Part shown: piece by piece, positions 50,234 through 60,385 of the stretch
Numbering within the stretch: position 1 is the first letter of the stretch
Layout of the letters: each line of letters begins with the position of its first letter
Assembly (NCBI GenBank): GCA_965221375.1
Contig: OZ244883.1
Location: 1,444,163-1,508,162 of the forward strand
Source of the DNA: an uncultured candidatus Porisulfidus sp.
GTDB lineage: Bacteria; Pseudomonadota; Gammaproteobacteria; Poriferisulfidales; Poriferisulfidaceae
Length of the DNA: 64,000 bases
Direction: 5' to 3'
Translations under genes and position numbers: made by a program
Notes under the pieces: generated by a model
Databases searched by the model: none
Told to the model about the DNA's origin: nothing
The model's input: the letters and a program-made list of their open reading frames with translations, nothing else

Positions 50234-51765
50234 GGAGATGCTCCCCAACCGCCTCCGCCCGGAGTCTCAATTGTCAAGCAATCTCCCGCCTCGACCGTGC
50301 GGCTGCATTTTCCGGGAAGGTCGAAACCATTGAGGCAATTGCGTCCCGCTTTGCCAGCATCACCCCCATGTGTGCCCTCGGGCCGACTTCTCCGCCGTTC
50401 GGTCAGCAAACTGAATTGCGTCGGCACCAAAAACTCGAATTCCCGCACGACCCCATCGCCTCCAGCATGACGACCCTGCCCTCCGGAGTCGTGACGCACC
50501 GCGTAGCGCCGCACCCGCATCGGATAAGTCTGCTCCAGTACTTCCACCGGCGTATTGCGGGTGTTGGTCATGTGGGAATGCCGCGCAGGCTGACCGGGAC
50601 CGTCGGCATGCGCGCCGACGCCTCCCGCCAAGGTCTCGTAGTAAGCCCATGCATCAGCGCCGCTGGAGCCGGCAGCGAAATTATTCATCGTGCCTTGACC
50701 GGCTGCCGGAATTTGCTCCGGCACGGCCTGGCGCAAGGCCGCCAGTATGAGTTCCGCAACCCGCATCGAAGTCTCCACGTTTCCGGCTGCAACCGCCGCC
50801 GGCGACTGTGCATTCAGTAAACATCCCTCGGGAGCCTTCAACTGAATCGCCGAAAAACTGCCGGCGCAAGCCGGCGCATAATCCGGCATCAGGCAACGAA
50901 ACGCATAGTAGACACTGGCGGCAGTCACCGAAATCGGGCAATTAATCGGGCCTTCCACTTGGGCATCGGTGCCTTCAAAATCAACCTCGATATTTCCTCC
51001 CTGCACCCGAATCTCGACCTGCAGACGGATGTTTTCATGTCCCAGGCCATCATCTTCCATCCAATCCGTCGCCGAATAGACGCCGTCAGGAATGACCTGC
51101 AGTGCCTGCTGCGCCACCACCCGTCCATACTCATTCAATGCTTTCAACGCTTGCGTATAGGCGGGGGCATCCATCTCCTCAATGCGCTGGCGCAAGCGCA
51201 TGCAGCCCTGGTAATTGACGTTGACCTGGGCAAGCAGGTCGCCGCGCATATCTCGGGGCGCACGTGTTTTGGCAACAATCTCCTCTAATCGGGACCCATC
51301 GATCTGGCCGGCGCGAGAAATGTACTGCGGCTGCAGAATCAGCCCTTCTTCCTGCAACGTTCGGGACATCGGCATGGATCCGGGGGTGTCCGCCCCGATA
51401 TCCGCATGGTGGGCGCGGTTGGCCGCAAAACCCTCCAGGACCCCATCGACAAAACAAGGCGTCAGCACGGTCACATCCGGCAGGTGGGTGCCTCCTAGAT
51501 AAGGGTCGTTCAGCAACACGGCATCCCCTTCCTGCCATTCAAACCGCTCTACTACCGCACGCATTGCATACGCCATACTGCCCAGATGCACCGGAATATG
51601 AGCCGCCTGCGCCGCCAGGTCGCCGTTTCGGTCAAAAATGGCGCAGGAAAAATCCAGACGGTCGCGGATATTGGGCGAAAAGGCCGCTTGGCGCAGCGCG
51701 GCGCCCATCTCTTCGCAAACCGCATCCATACGGCTGGCAAACACCGCAAGTTCCACAGGATTCAT
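50230..51765 (-). CDS. Hydantoinase B / oxoprolinase family subunit
   Basis: FSPNIRDRLDFSCA, HIPVHLG, NDPYLGGTHLPD, HHADIG, GTMNN, YYET and TPGGGGWG motifs. Confidence 0.94.
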   Translation of the reverse strand: MNPVELAVFASRMDAVCEEMGAALRQAAFSPNIRDRLDFSCAIFDRNGDLAAQAAHIPVHLGSMAYAMRAVVERFEWQEGDAVLLNDPYLGGTHLPDVTVLTPCFVDGVLEGFAANRAHHADIGADTPGSMPMSRTLQEEGLILQPQYISRAGQIDGSRLEEIVAKTRAPRDMRGDLLAQVNVNYQGCMRLRQRIEEMDAPAYTQALKALNEYGRVVAQQALQVIPDGVYSATDWMEDDGLGHENIRLQVEIRVQGGNIEVDFEGTDAQVEGPINCPISVTAASVYYAFRCLMPDYAPACAGSFSAIQLKAPEGCLLNAQSPAAVAAGNVETSMRVAELILAALRQAVPEQIPAAGQGTMNNFAAGSSGADAWAYYETLAGGVGAHADGPGQPARHSHMTNTRNTPVEVLEQTYPMRVRRYAVRHDSGGQGRHAGGDGVVREFEFLVPTQFSLLTERRRSRPEGTHGGDAGKAGRNCLNGFDLPGKCSRTVEAGDCLTIETPGGGGWGASP

Positions 51766-51959
51766 TCGTGATTTTCTCACAGACCTGAACGTTTCAGAGT
51801 GTAACAAAAACGACTTTTGCCGCCACGGCGACAATTTTCCTTTTATTGTAAATCGCACCTAAATCGCTTGAAGTGTTTTTTCCACCACCCCGTCGCAATG
51901 GAAACAGGGGAAAGTGCGTTATACTTTGAGGCACGATGCGACTTAGACTGAGGGGAGTT

Positions 51960-54617
51960 ATGGATTTGAATACATCGTCTCACAAGTTGGACTACGTGCC
52001 CAACATGATTACCCATGGCCTGCCGATTCGAAGGCTCGGCTGGACTTTGTTGGCTTTTTCTCTCGCCTGGTCTCCGGCTGCAGCCGAAGAGGTTGAAGAA
52101 CTCACAGTGACCGCACGCAAGCAGGACCGCGTCGAAGCTGTACAGGATGTGCCACTTGCCATCAATGTTTATACCGGTGAAGAATTGTCCCAACGTTTCG
52201 CAAATGACTTGATGGACCTCAACTACGCGGCCCCCAATGTGGGCTTGATGGATGTGGGCACCCTGCGCGGCACGGCCAACTTCTCCATTCGCGGCCAGGG
52301 CATTATCTCATCCATCCCCTCCATCGATCCAACGGTGGGTATTTTCACCAACGGCGTTTATCTGGGCATCACCACCAACTCGATGAACGACCTTTACGAT
52401 ATCGAAAGCATCGAAATTCTGCGCGGACCGCAAGGCTTGCTGTTTGGCCGCAATGTCACCGGCGGCGCCGTGCTGATTAATACACGGCGGCCAACCGACG
52501 AGTTTGAAGCTTCCGCACTTGCCACATACGAGCAAGGCAATGACGAGACTGTCGGCCTGACCGTCTCCGGACCAATTATCGCCGGCAAACTCAGCGGCCG
52601 ATTGGCACTCTACCACCGTGACGACAGCGGCTGGTTGTCAAACCAGTTCGACGGGGGCGATTTCGGTGCCTATGAGCTGGACTTGGCCCGCCCGAGTCTG
52701 ACGTGGCAGGTGAGTGACGACACCACGGTGACCGCAATCATGGAACGAGCGGTAACCCGCGCAGATGGTGCTGCCGGGAAGAGTTTCGCTTTTCATGATG
52801 AAGACGAATTTACATTCAATATCGACGAACCCGGTTATGTCGCTACGGACTGGACTTCGGCATTTGTGGAAATCACCCGCAAAGTGAAACTGGGTAACGG
52901 CACAATTACCAATCTGTTCGGTTGGCGCGACATGTACAACGACTCCGAGTTGGATGTGGACGCGACCCGTTACGACTTGTTCGTCGGCGGTGGTAAAGGT
53001 GGACAGGAACAATTCAGCAATGAATTTCGGTATTTCGGCTCGTTTCGGGACAACACCGTTGACGTGACTGCCGGAGTCTACTGGTTTGATCAGGATTTCG
53101 ATTATTTGGAGCGCCGCCAGTTGTACCGCGAGAGCTTTGCGCCCATTGCGCAAATTCTCAATAACCAAGCCATAGAAAACAGCAACGCATCAGCCCGGGC
53201 ACGGTCGCAAAACTCGGACCTGGCAACACTATGTAACCCACAAGATGACAGACTGCGACCCGGAGTGAATTGTATCCTGCCCGCGAAAACGCCAGTGCTG
53301 TACCAGACAGTTGCAGAACAAGTCTCTCAAATCCCTGATGGAATCGCTAAACAGGAAGCGCAACAAGCATTGTTAGCAGCCAATGCTGTCCTGAGCGAAA
53401 ACTGCGACCCCAAAGACCCCTATAACGTCGACAATCCCTGCACAAATACTTGGATTGACTCGACATTGGGTGGACAACAAGACCAAAAGAGTCGCGGTGC
53501 CTTCTTTCATGTCGACGTGCATGCAACTGACACAACGACCTTGAACTTCGGCCTGCGCTATAGCTACGAGAAAAAGCGTGCTCATATCGCAACCTTCCGG
53601 GCTGATTTTTACCGCACTTATGATGCTGACGGAGATGGAATTCTGGACACACCCGGCCGCCTCTTGCAGCTACCGGACACCGGCTCACGTTGCGATCCGA
53701 AAACCGGAGTCTGCAGCCACAACTACTATGATGAGAACAGTTGGGACAGTTGGACGCCCAAAATCGGAATCCAATATCGTCCCTCTGACGACATGCACCT
53801 GTATGGTTATTGGAGTAAAGGATTTCGTAGTGGCGGCTACAATTTCCGGCACACTGCAAGTGAAGATCCGGAACCCTTCGAAGATGAGCGACAAAACTCC
53901 TACGAAGTCGGTGCCAAAATGCGCTGGCTGGATGGCCGCATAAATACCAACGTCGCGTTATTTCACAATAAGGTGAAAAATCTGCAGCGCGAATTGGAGG
54001 AGAGCAACATCACCGGCGGTGTCGTGCAACGGATCAAGAACACGGCGGATGCGACCTTCCAAGGCGCTGAGTTGGAACTAGCGGCAGTGCTGACGGAAGC
54101 ACTGACGCTGACAGCGAACGCCGGTTATACCGATGGCGAATACGATAGTGTGTGGGAAGATTTGAACGGGGATAATATGGTGGACAAGGCCGACGAGGAC
54201 TTGGATATTCCGCGTCTGGCGGAATGGACCTATAGCCTTGGCCTAAATTACGCTGCGCCCATGCCGATGCTCAACGGCCGTGTCCAGGCACGTGTCAACT
54301 TCTCACATAACGATGATGCGGCGGCGAACGACAGCAACACACATCGGTTGTTCGAAGCGGATATCTTGGACATGAGTGTGACCTATGAAACCTTGGATGG
54401 CCGGTTGCAGCTCTCGCTGTTTAGCAAAAATCTACTGGATGAAGTGGTCGTGGGCGGCATCACTACCGTACCAATCGGCAATTTCTTTGCAAACGATGGC
54501 CAACTCACGGGATTGGGCCTGCTAAACAATGGCAGCACAAACCTTCGAGACTATACTTTTGCGCCTATTGTCAACGAAGGGCGCCGGTTCGGGGTACGCC
54601 TGACGTATCTTTATTGA
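51960..54617 (+). CDS. TonB-dependent outer-membrane receptor
   Basis: GAGGGGAG RBS; TonB box EELTVTARK; plug motif IEILRGPQGLLFGRN..GGA; GFRSGG; C-terminal RFGVRLTYLY. Confidence 0.95.
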   Translation: MDLNTSSHKLDYVPNMITHGLPIRRLGWTLLAFSLAWSPAAAEEVEELTVTARKQDRVEAVQDVPLAINVYTGEELSQRFANDLMDLNYAAPNVGLMDVGTLRGTANFSIRGQGIISSIPSIDPTVGIFTNGVYLGITTNSMNDLYDIESIEILRGPQGLLFGRNVTGGAVLINTRRPTDEFEASALATYEQGNDETVGLTVSGPIIAGKLSGRLALYHRDDSGWLSNQFDGGDFGAYELDLARPSLTWQVSDDTTVTAIMERAVTRADGAAGKSFAFHDEDEFTFNIDEPGYVATDWTSAFVEITRKVKLGNGTITNLFGWRDMYNDSELDVDATRYDLFVGGGKGGQEQFSNEFRYFGSFRDNTVDVTAGVYWFDQDFDYLERRQLYRESFAPIAQILNNQAIENSNASARARSQNSDLATLCNPQDDRLRPGVNCILPAKTPVLYQTVAEQVSQIPDGIAKQEAQQALLAANAVLSENCDPKDPYNVDNPCTNTWIDSTLGGQQDQKSRGAFFHVDVHATDTTTLNFGLRYSYEKKRAHIATFRADFYRTYDADGDGILDTPGRLLQLPDTGSRCDPKTGVCSHNYYDENSWDSWTPKIGIQYRPSDDMHLYGYWSKGFRSGGYNFRHTASEDPEPFEDERQNSYEVGAKMRWLDGRINTNVALFHNKVKNLQRELEESNITGGVVQRIKNTADATFQGAELELAAVLTEALTLTANAGYTDGEYDSVWEDLNGDNMVDKADEDLDIPRLAEWTYSLGLNYAAPMPMLNGRVQARVNFSHNDDAAANDSNTHRLFEADILDMSVTYETLDGRLQLSLFSKNLLDEVVVGGITTVPIGNFFANDGQLTGLGLLNNGSTNLRDYTFAPIVNEGRRFGVRLTYLY

Positions 54618-54897
54618 GCAAGAGTGACCTGCCGATCCTTCGCTCACTTCGCAAGAGCGTGTGGCGGCAGTTGTGCTCATAGCAAAATTTATGTGACGCA
54701 TGGCGCAGGGCCACTTTTTCTGGCCTGCGCCCTTACTCTATAGTCATTAAAGCGTGGGTAGACCGCCCTCGTGCCCGCATCTCTGCGGCTTGACTTGTTT
54801 TGTACGCTATTGCGCCCGATGAATAACAGATTTTAGGGCCGTGTTAGAAAACGGGTAATTTTGTTACAATTTCAAATCTATTCTGGAGGCTCCCAAC

Positions 54898-55482
54898 ATG
54901 CAAAACCCTTTGAAATCTGTCAACGGCACCCTGATCTCAGGTCTAATTCTCGCTGCGATTATCGGCTGGGCCGTCGATGGCTTCGCCATCAATCTTGCTT
55001 CGCTCATCGTCTGGACCCATGTCTTTGTCGGCATTATCTGGATTGGACTGTTGTACTACTTCAATTTCGTGCAGATTCCGGCTGTCAATGCGGCTTTAGC
55101 AGACGACGGCGGTCCGGGACCCGCGGCGATCAACAAATACGTCGCCCCGCGCGCTCTGCTGTGGTTCCGCTGGGCCGCTTTGCTGACTTGGCTGACCGGT
55201 GCCGCTGCACTGGAAACCATGGGTATCGGTTTCGTCCAGGCATTTACGCTCGAAGCCACGAACATCGGTATCGGAGTCTGGTTAGGCACCATCATGCTGT
55301 TCAACGTCTGGGTGCTGATCTGGCCGAACCAGAAAAAGGTTTTGGGTATGGTCGAAGCCACCGACGAAGAGAAAGCCCGGGCCAAAACGACGGCCATGCT
55401 GGCGTCGCGGACCAATACGCTCCTGTCAATCCCCATGCTGATGTCCATGGTGTCCTTCGGTCATGGAGGCTTGGCGTTCTGA
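54898..55482 (+). CDS. Membrane protein of the Urate_ox_N / PuuD-like family
   Basis: WIGLLYYFNFVQ, LWFRWAA, IMLFNVW..IWPNQKK and SRTNT motifs; GGAGG RBS. Confidence 0.8.
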   Translation: MQNPLKSVNGTLISGLILAAIIGWAVDGFAINLASLIVWTHVFVGIIWIGLLYYFNFVQIPAVNAALADDGGPGPAAINKYVAPRALLWFRWAALLTWLTGAAALETMGIGFVQAFTLEATNIGIGVWLGTIMLFNVWVLIWPNQKKVLGMVEATDEEKARAKTTAMLASRTNTLLSIPMLMSMVSFGHGGLAF

Positions 55483-55510
55483 CGCTCTGATCAGTTCTCC
55501 GTATTAACCT

Positions 55511-55547
55511 CAAGGCGGCAGCATACGCTGTCGCCTTGCTTTTTTTT
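55511..55547 (+). terminator. Rho-independent terminator
   Basis: CAAGGCGGCAGC-ATAC-GCTGTCGCCTTG stem followed by a T8 run. Confidence 0.85.
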
Positions 55548-55553
55548 AGTTTC

Positions 55554-56735
55554 ATGTCTCCTCCCGCCTCTTCTCTGATGTCCACTTATGCAAACCTGCC
55601 CGTGCACTTTGTACGGGGTCAGGGTTGTCAGCTTTGGGATGCGCAAGGCAAGGAATATCTGGATGCCCTCGCCGGCATCGCCGTATGCGGGCTGGGACAC
55701 TGCCATCCCAACGTGACTCACGCGCTTCAAGATCAAGCGGAAACTCTAGTACATACCTCCAACGTCTACCAAATCGAACTGCAGGAGGCATTGGCGCAAC
55801 ATCTGACAAAACTGACCGGCATGACCCATGCGTTTTTCAGCAACTCGGGCGCCGAAGCCAATGAATGTGCACTGAAAATGGCCCGTCTGCATGGTAATCA
55901 CAAACAAATAGAAAATCCCAAAATACTGGTCACGGAAAATGCTTTCCATGGCCGTACCCTGCTGACCCTCAGCGCCTCTTCCGGCACCCGGGTGCGTGAA
56001 GGTTTCGCTCCGCTTATTGATGATTTTGTGCGCGTACCTTTCAACGATCTGGCGGCAGCGCGTAGCGCCCTCGAACAGCACCCCCAAATCGTTGCCATTC
56101 TCGTCGAGCCGATTCAAGGCGAAGGCGGCATACATGTGGCTGACGATGCATATCTGGCCGACTTGCGCAATTTGTGCGATGCTCACGACGCCTTGCTGAT
56201 TTTTGATGAAGTACAGTGCGGCATGGGTCGAACCGGTCGTTTTCTCGCCAGCCAACATGCCGAAGTGGTCCCGGACATCGTGACCCTCGCCAAAGCTTTG
56301 GGGAACGGATTCCCGATTGGTGCCTGTCTCGCACAAGGACCGGCAGCGAAACTAATGGCTCCCGGCCAGCATGGCTCAACGTTTGGGGGCAACCCTCTGG
56401 GCTGTCGGGCGGCTCTGTCTGTGTTGGAGACACTCGAAAATGAAAACCTGTACGAACGCGCCGCTCATTTGGGCACAACCTTGCGGCAGCGGTTTGAAGA
56501 AGAATGTGCGCCACTGCCCCACGTTCGCAATATTCGCGGACGGGGGCTGATGATTGGCATTGAGCTGGCCGAACCGGCACCCGACCTGGTTGCACAAGCC
56601 CTGGATGCGCAACTGCTGATCAATGTCACCCAAGCCCGTGTCATCCGCCTGTTGCCACCGCTGATAATGAATGATGCGGAAGCAGAATCGCTGGGCGATC
56701 GACTTATTCCGCTTGTGAAGGAGATGGGAACATGA
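55554..56735 (+). CDS. argD: Acetylornithine aminotransferase
   Basis: NSGAEANE, FHGRT, EPIQGEGG, DEVQCG, LAKALG and HGSTFGGNP motifs; coupled to argF. Confidence 0.94.
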   Translation: MSPPASSLMSTYANLPVHFVRGQGCQLWDAQGKEYLDALAGIAVCGLGHCHPNVTHALQDQAETLVHTSNVYQIELQEALAQHLTKLTGMTHAFFSNSGAEANECALKMARLHGNHKQIENPKILVTENAFHGRTLLTLSASSGTRVREGFAPLIDDFVRVPFNDLAAARSALEQHPQIVAILVEPIQGEGGIHVADDAYLADLRNLCDAHDALLIFDEVQCGMGRTGRFLASQHAEVVPDIVTLAKALGNGFPIGACLAQGPAAKLMAPGQHGSTFGGNPLGCRAALSVLETLENENLYERAAHLGTTLRQRFEEECAPLPHVRNIRGRGLMIGIELAEPAPDLVAQALDAQLLINVTQARVIRLLPPLIMNDAEAESLGDRLIPLVKEMGT

Positions 56736-57634
56736 GCATTCAACACTTTCTCAGCTTGATGGATCTGGAACCCCAGACACTGGAGCAGATCATGGAGCGC
56801 GCGCTGGAATTAAAAGCCGCTCGCCGGGCGGGGACGGAACAACCTTTGCTGGCCGGTAAAACCTTGGCCATGCTGTTCGACAAAAACTCCACCCGCACCC
56901 GCGTCTCTTTCGAAGCGGGAATGGCGCAGCTTGGCGGACATGCAATTTTTCTATCCCGCGAGGCCACCCAGCAGTCGCGTGGCGAACCCATTGAAGATGC
57001 CGCGCGGGTACTTTCATCAATGGCGGATGCCATCATGATGCGTACTTACGCCCATGACACTCTGGAGCGTTGCGCCCAAGCCTCCTCAGTGCCGGTGATC
57101 AACGGCCTAACAGACCAGCTGCATCCCTGCCAGGTACTGGCGGACTTGCTGACTTGGAAGGAGTTGCGTGGTGACATCCGGGGACGACAGATTGCATTTA
57201 TCGGCGACGGCAACAACATGTGCCGTTCCTACATTAACGCCGCCCGCCAATTCGATTTCAGCCTACGCATTGCCACACCGCGAGATTATGCGCCCGGCTC
57301 CGAGTGGCTGGAACTCGCGCCCGACCGGGTGCAGTGGAGTGACGATCCAGCGACCGCGGCCGCAAATGCGGACCTGGTCGTCACGGATGTGTGGGCCAGC
57401 ATGGGCCAAGAGCAGGAACAATCTCAAAGAAATGCCGTATTCCAAGCCTACCAGGTCAACGCGGAACTGATGGCATGCGCCGCTCCGGACGCCCTGTTTA
57501 TGCATTGCCTGCCCGCGCATCGGGGTGAAGAAGTCACTTCCGAAGTTATTGACGGGCCGCAAAGCGCAGTCTGGCAGGAAGCCGAAAACCGGCTCCATGC
57601 CCAGAAAGCATTATTGGAATTTTTGCTGACTTAG
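56732..57634 (+). CDS. argF: Ornithine carbamoyltransferase
   Basis: STRTR, HPCQ, DVWASMGQE and HCLP motifs. Confidence 0.97.
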   Translation: MSIQHFLSLMDLEPQTLEQIMERALELKAARRAGTEQPLLAGKTLAMLFDKNSTRTRVSFEAGMAQLGGHAIFLSREATQQSRGEPIEDAARVLSSMADAIMMRTYAHDTLERCAQASSVPVINGLTDQLHPCQVLADLLTWKELRGDIRGRQIAFIGDGNNMCRSYINAARQFDFSLRIATPRDYAPGSEWLELAPDRVQWSDDPATAAANADLVVTDVWASMGQEQEQSQRNAVFQAYQVNAELMACAAPDALFMHCLPAHRGEEVTSEVIDGPQSAVWQEAENRLHAQKALLEFLLT

Positions 57635-57682
57635 GAAATGCCGATAGGTCGAGTCCGAAAATCCTAACGGTATTTTTGATAC

Positions 57683-58399
57683 TCAAGATTTCTCGAGAAC
57701 ACAGCGCAAGGTACTTATCAATTTCTCACGAAAGATATTTTCTTTCTCTTTATTAGATCGATCTTTGGACCATGGAATGGTCGTGCAATGATTTGTATCA
57801 AAATGGGTACTGCTTTTTTTAAATTTCTTTTCTTCGCATATGTAAATGACAGGCTTCATCAAGCCTTCAGCATAACCGGCTTCCCAATACGCCCCCCGAT
57901 TATCGTGCGTTAAATCTGCTAAAACAAAAGCAGCTTCTCTAATCTTATTTCTCATTATATTGTCAATTATTCCAGCATCAACGTTATCTCTCATATCAAG
58001 AAGTTCGTAACCTAGCTCCTCTTTGATTCTCGGCTTTACAACTTCTTTTACAAAAGACTCCAAATCCGGCTGGCCAAACTCCATCGCTATAAAACCAAAA
58101 TTCCCACTATGTTTGCCGCGCTTGTGCTCAAAGTGCCATTCCCATCCTTCAAGAGTCAAATCAACATTAAAAAGATTACTATCATTATAAACATCAACAT
58201 TGCCTCGAACTATACCCTTGTCTACAAGCTCTTTCAGCAACTTGCACGCAAATTCTCCGCTCGGAGATCCTATTGCCTCATATGTATCGCGCGACTCAGC
58301 ATTTATGCTTTCAAGTGGTTTTCCTATCTCCGCTACTTGATCTCCAATGAAACATACGAGATTTCTTGCCTGAACAGCAGGATCAACAAAATCATTCAT
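57683..58399 (-). CDS. AT-rich gene: putative wHTH plus nucleoside 2-deoxyribosyltransferase-like domain protein
   Basis: GFIAMEF, IREAAFVLADLT..NRGAYWEAGYAEGL.KPVI and HFD motifs; clearly lower GC than its flanks. Confidence 0.75.
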   Translation of the reverse strand: MNDFVDPAVQARNLVCFIGDQVAEIGKPLESINAESRDTYEAIGSPSGEFACKLLKELVDKGIVRGNVDVYNDSNLFNVDLTLEGWEWHFEHKRGKHSGNFGFIAMEFGQPDLESFVKEVVKPRIKEELGYELLDMRDNVDAGIIDNIMRNKIREAAFVLADLTHDNRGAYWEAGYAEGLMKPVIYICEEKKFKKSSTHFDTNHCTTIPWSKDRSNKEKENIFREKLISTLRCVLEKS

Positions 58400-58498
58400 A
58401 CTTATCTTAGCCTCTACACAAGTGTCTGCCCTATAAACTTAATAAACATCTCTATGCATTTTGTGAATCATAGAAACTTTGAAAACCCGCAACTGTAT

Positions 58499-59233
58499 TC
58501 AAATCTGCACCTGCACCGGGGCGTCTGCCAGTTCGCGCTCCACCTGTTCAATCGATACGTGCCGTAAATCCTTGCCCAACACCTGATACAGCACGTGTTC
58601 GCAAATATTGGCGGCATGATCGCCAATGCGCTCCAGTGCTTTGGCGCACCACAACACATTCAGAACCAGTTGGATGTCGTTGGGTTTTTCCATCATGAAC
58701 GTAATCATTTGTCGAATGCAGGCTTCATTCTCCTGATCGACTTCACTGTCTTTTTTCAATACTTCCAAAGCCAAATCGGTATCCAACCGTGCGAACGAGT
58801 CCAACGCCTTGCTCAGGATATCCAGCACCAACGGCCCCAAATGCTTGAGTGTGCGCAGGTGCCGTTTGCGAAGCGCGGAATGGTCAATATGTGTGGCCAG
58901 CCGAGCAATCTTCTCCGCCTCATCGCCGACACGCTCCAGATCACAAGTGGTTTTGATAACCGCGACCACCGTGCGCAGGTCCATCGCCACCGGATGATGC
59001 AGCGCCAGAAACTCATTGCACTCTTCATCGATTCGGATTTCCATTGCATTGATCTTGTAATCTTCGCGCGAAATCTTTTTCGCAATCTTTTGATTGCCTT
59101 CGACAAACGCCTGAACCGCCTGCCGTGCGTGCTGTTCCACCAGCCCGCCCATCTCCAAGGCATCCCCTCGGACGCTTTTCAGCAAATTGGCAAACGCACT
59201 GGAGGAATGCTGTACAACGTCTTTTGACTCCAT
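58499..59233 (-). CDS. phoU: Phosphate signalling protein PhoU
   Basis: PVAMDLR, DLERVGD and LERIGDHAANICE motifs. Confidence 0.95.
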   Translation of the reverse strand: MESKDVVQHSSSAFANLLKSVRGDALEMGGLVEQHARQAVQAFVEGNQKIAKKISREDYKINAMEIRIDEECNEFLALHHPVAMDLRTVVAVIKTTCDLERVGDEAEKIARLATHIDHSALRKRHLRTLKHLGPLVLDILSKALDSFARLDTDLALEVLKKDSEVDQENEACIRQMITFMMEKPNDIQLVLNVLWCAKALERIGDHAANICEHVLYQVLGKDLRHVSIEQVERELADAPVQVQI

Positions 59234-59384
59234 GAAAAACTGCTCCCCTGACCTGCCCGTTCATTTTACAACTTCTACCTTGAGCCTCCTGACGATGGTC
59301 TATAATTTTTTCTATCGTGTATGTGCATTTTCGTATTCCGCAATCTCTGACCTCTGTTTATGCTATTTCGCTGGGTAGGCCAGC

Positions 59385-60359
59385 ATGAATCTGAAGAAAA
59401 TTCGCTCGTTGGTCGCAGACGACATGACGGCAATCGAACAGTTGCTGCAGGAGCGTCTGCGCTCCGAAGTAGCGCTGGCAGACCGCATTGCCCGCTATAT
59501 TGTTGAATCGGGCGGGAAACGCCTGCGCGCAATTCTCGTCCTGCTCTGTGGCCACGCACTGGGAGGACTCCGGCGCCCTGAAGACTCGCGACTGCTGGCG
59601 GCAGTTATCGAGTTTATCCATACCGCGACTCTGCTGCATGATGATGTCGTCGATGCCTCCGACATGCGCCGCGGCCGGGATACGGTCAACCGCATCTGGG
59701 ACAACGAGGCCAGTGTGCTGGTCGGCGATTTCTTTTATTCGCGCGCTTTCGGGATGATTGCGGAAATCAACCATCCGCAGATTACCCAAATTCTGGCGGA
59801 AGCCTCCACCGCAATCGCCGAAGGAGAACTGCTGGAACTGATGCACGCCGGCCAGACGGACCTGGCCGAAGAACAGTACCTGACGATTATTGAAGGCAAG
59901 ACCGCCCGACTGTTCGAAGCCTCCTGCGCGACTGCGGCCTGTCTGGAAAATGCTCCCGAGGATCGGGTCCAGGAATTGGCCGATTACGGCCGCCTGCTGG
60001 GGGCAGCCTTTCAAATCGCCGATGACGCCATCGATTATCTGGAAGGCAACCCGGAAGCCGACAAAAGCGTGGGAGACGACCTGGCCAGCGGCCGGATGAC
60101 TCTGCCTTTGATATACGCTTTGCGGTGTGCAGACCCCGAGGATCAGGAATTTCTGCGGCAGACACTCAAGAATCGGGAACGTCAGCACATTGCTGAAGTC
60201 TGCAACATCATGCGCCGCTGCGGCGCTATCGACTATACCCGCAACCAGGCGGAGGATTTTTCCAAACGCGCCCAGGCCTGTCTATCGCATCTGGAAGATT
60301 CGGCTTGGCGTGAGGCGCTCTTTCAGGTTGCCGATTTTTGCGTCTCCCGAAAATACTGA
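59385..60359 (+). CDS. ispB: Polyprenyl (octaprenyl) diphosphate synthase
   Basis: GGKRLR, LLHDDVVD..RRG, VLVGDF, KTA and FQIADD motifs. Confidence 0.93.
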   Translation: MNLKKIRSLVADDMTAIEQLLQERLRSEVALADRIARYIVESGGKRLRAILVLLCGHALGGLRRPEDSRLLAAVIEFIHTATLLHDDVVDASDMRRGRDTVNRIWDNEASVLVGDFFYSRAFGMIAEINHPQITQILAEASTAIAEGELLELMHAGQTDLAEEQYLTIIEGKTARLFEASCATAACLENAPEDRVQELADYGRLLGAAFQIADDAIDYLEGNPEADKSVGDDLASGRMTLPLIYALRCADPEDQEFLRQTLKNRERQHIAEVCNIMRRCGAIDYTRNQAEDFSKRAQACLSHLEDSAWREALFQVADFCVSRKY

Positions 60360-60385
60360 CATAAATTCGGCATTGAAAACAGATC

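Noticed and set aside
51766-51959. Cobalamin riboswitch, Fur box or CRP site upstream of the TonB receptor
   Set aside because: AACAGGGGAA is present but the other B12-element motifs are not; no Fur consensus; GTGA-N5-TCAC has the wrong spacing for CRP.
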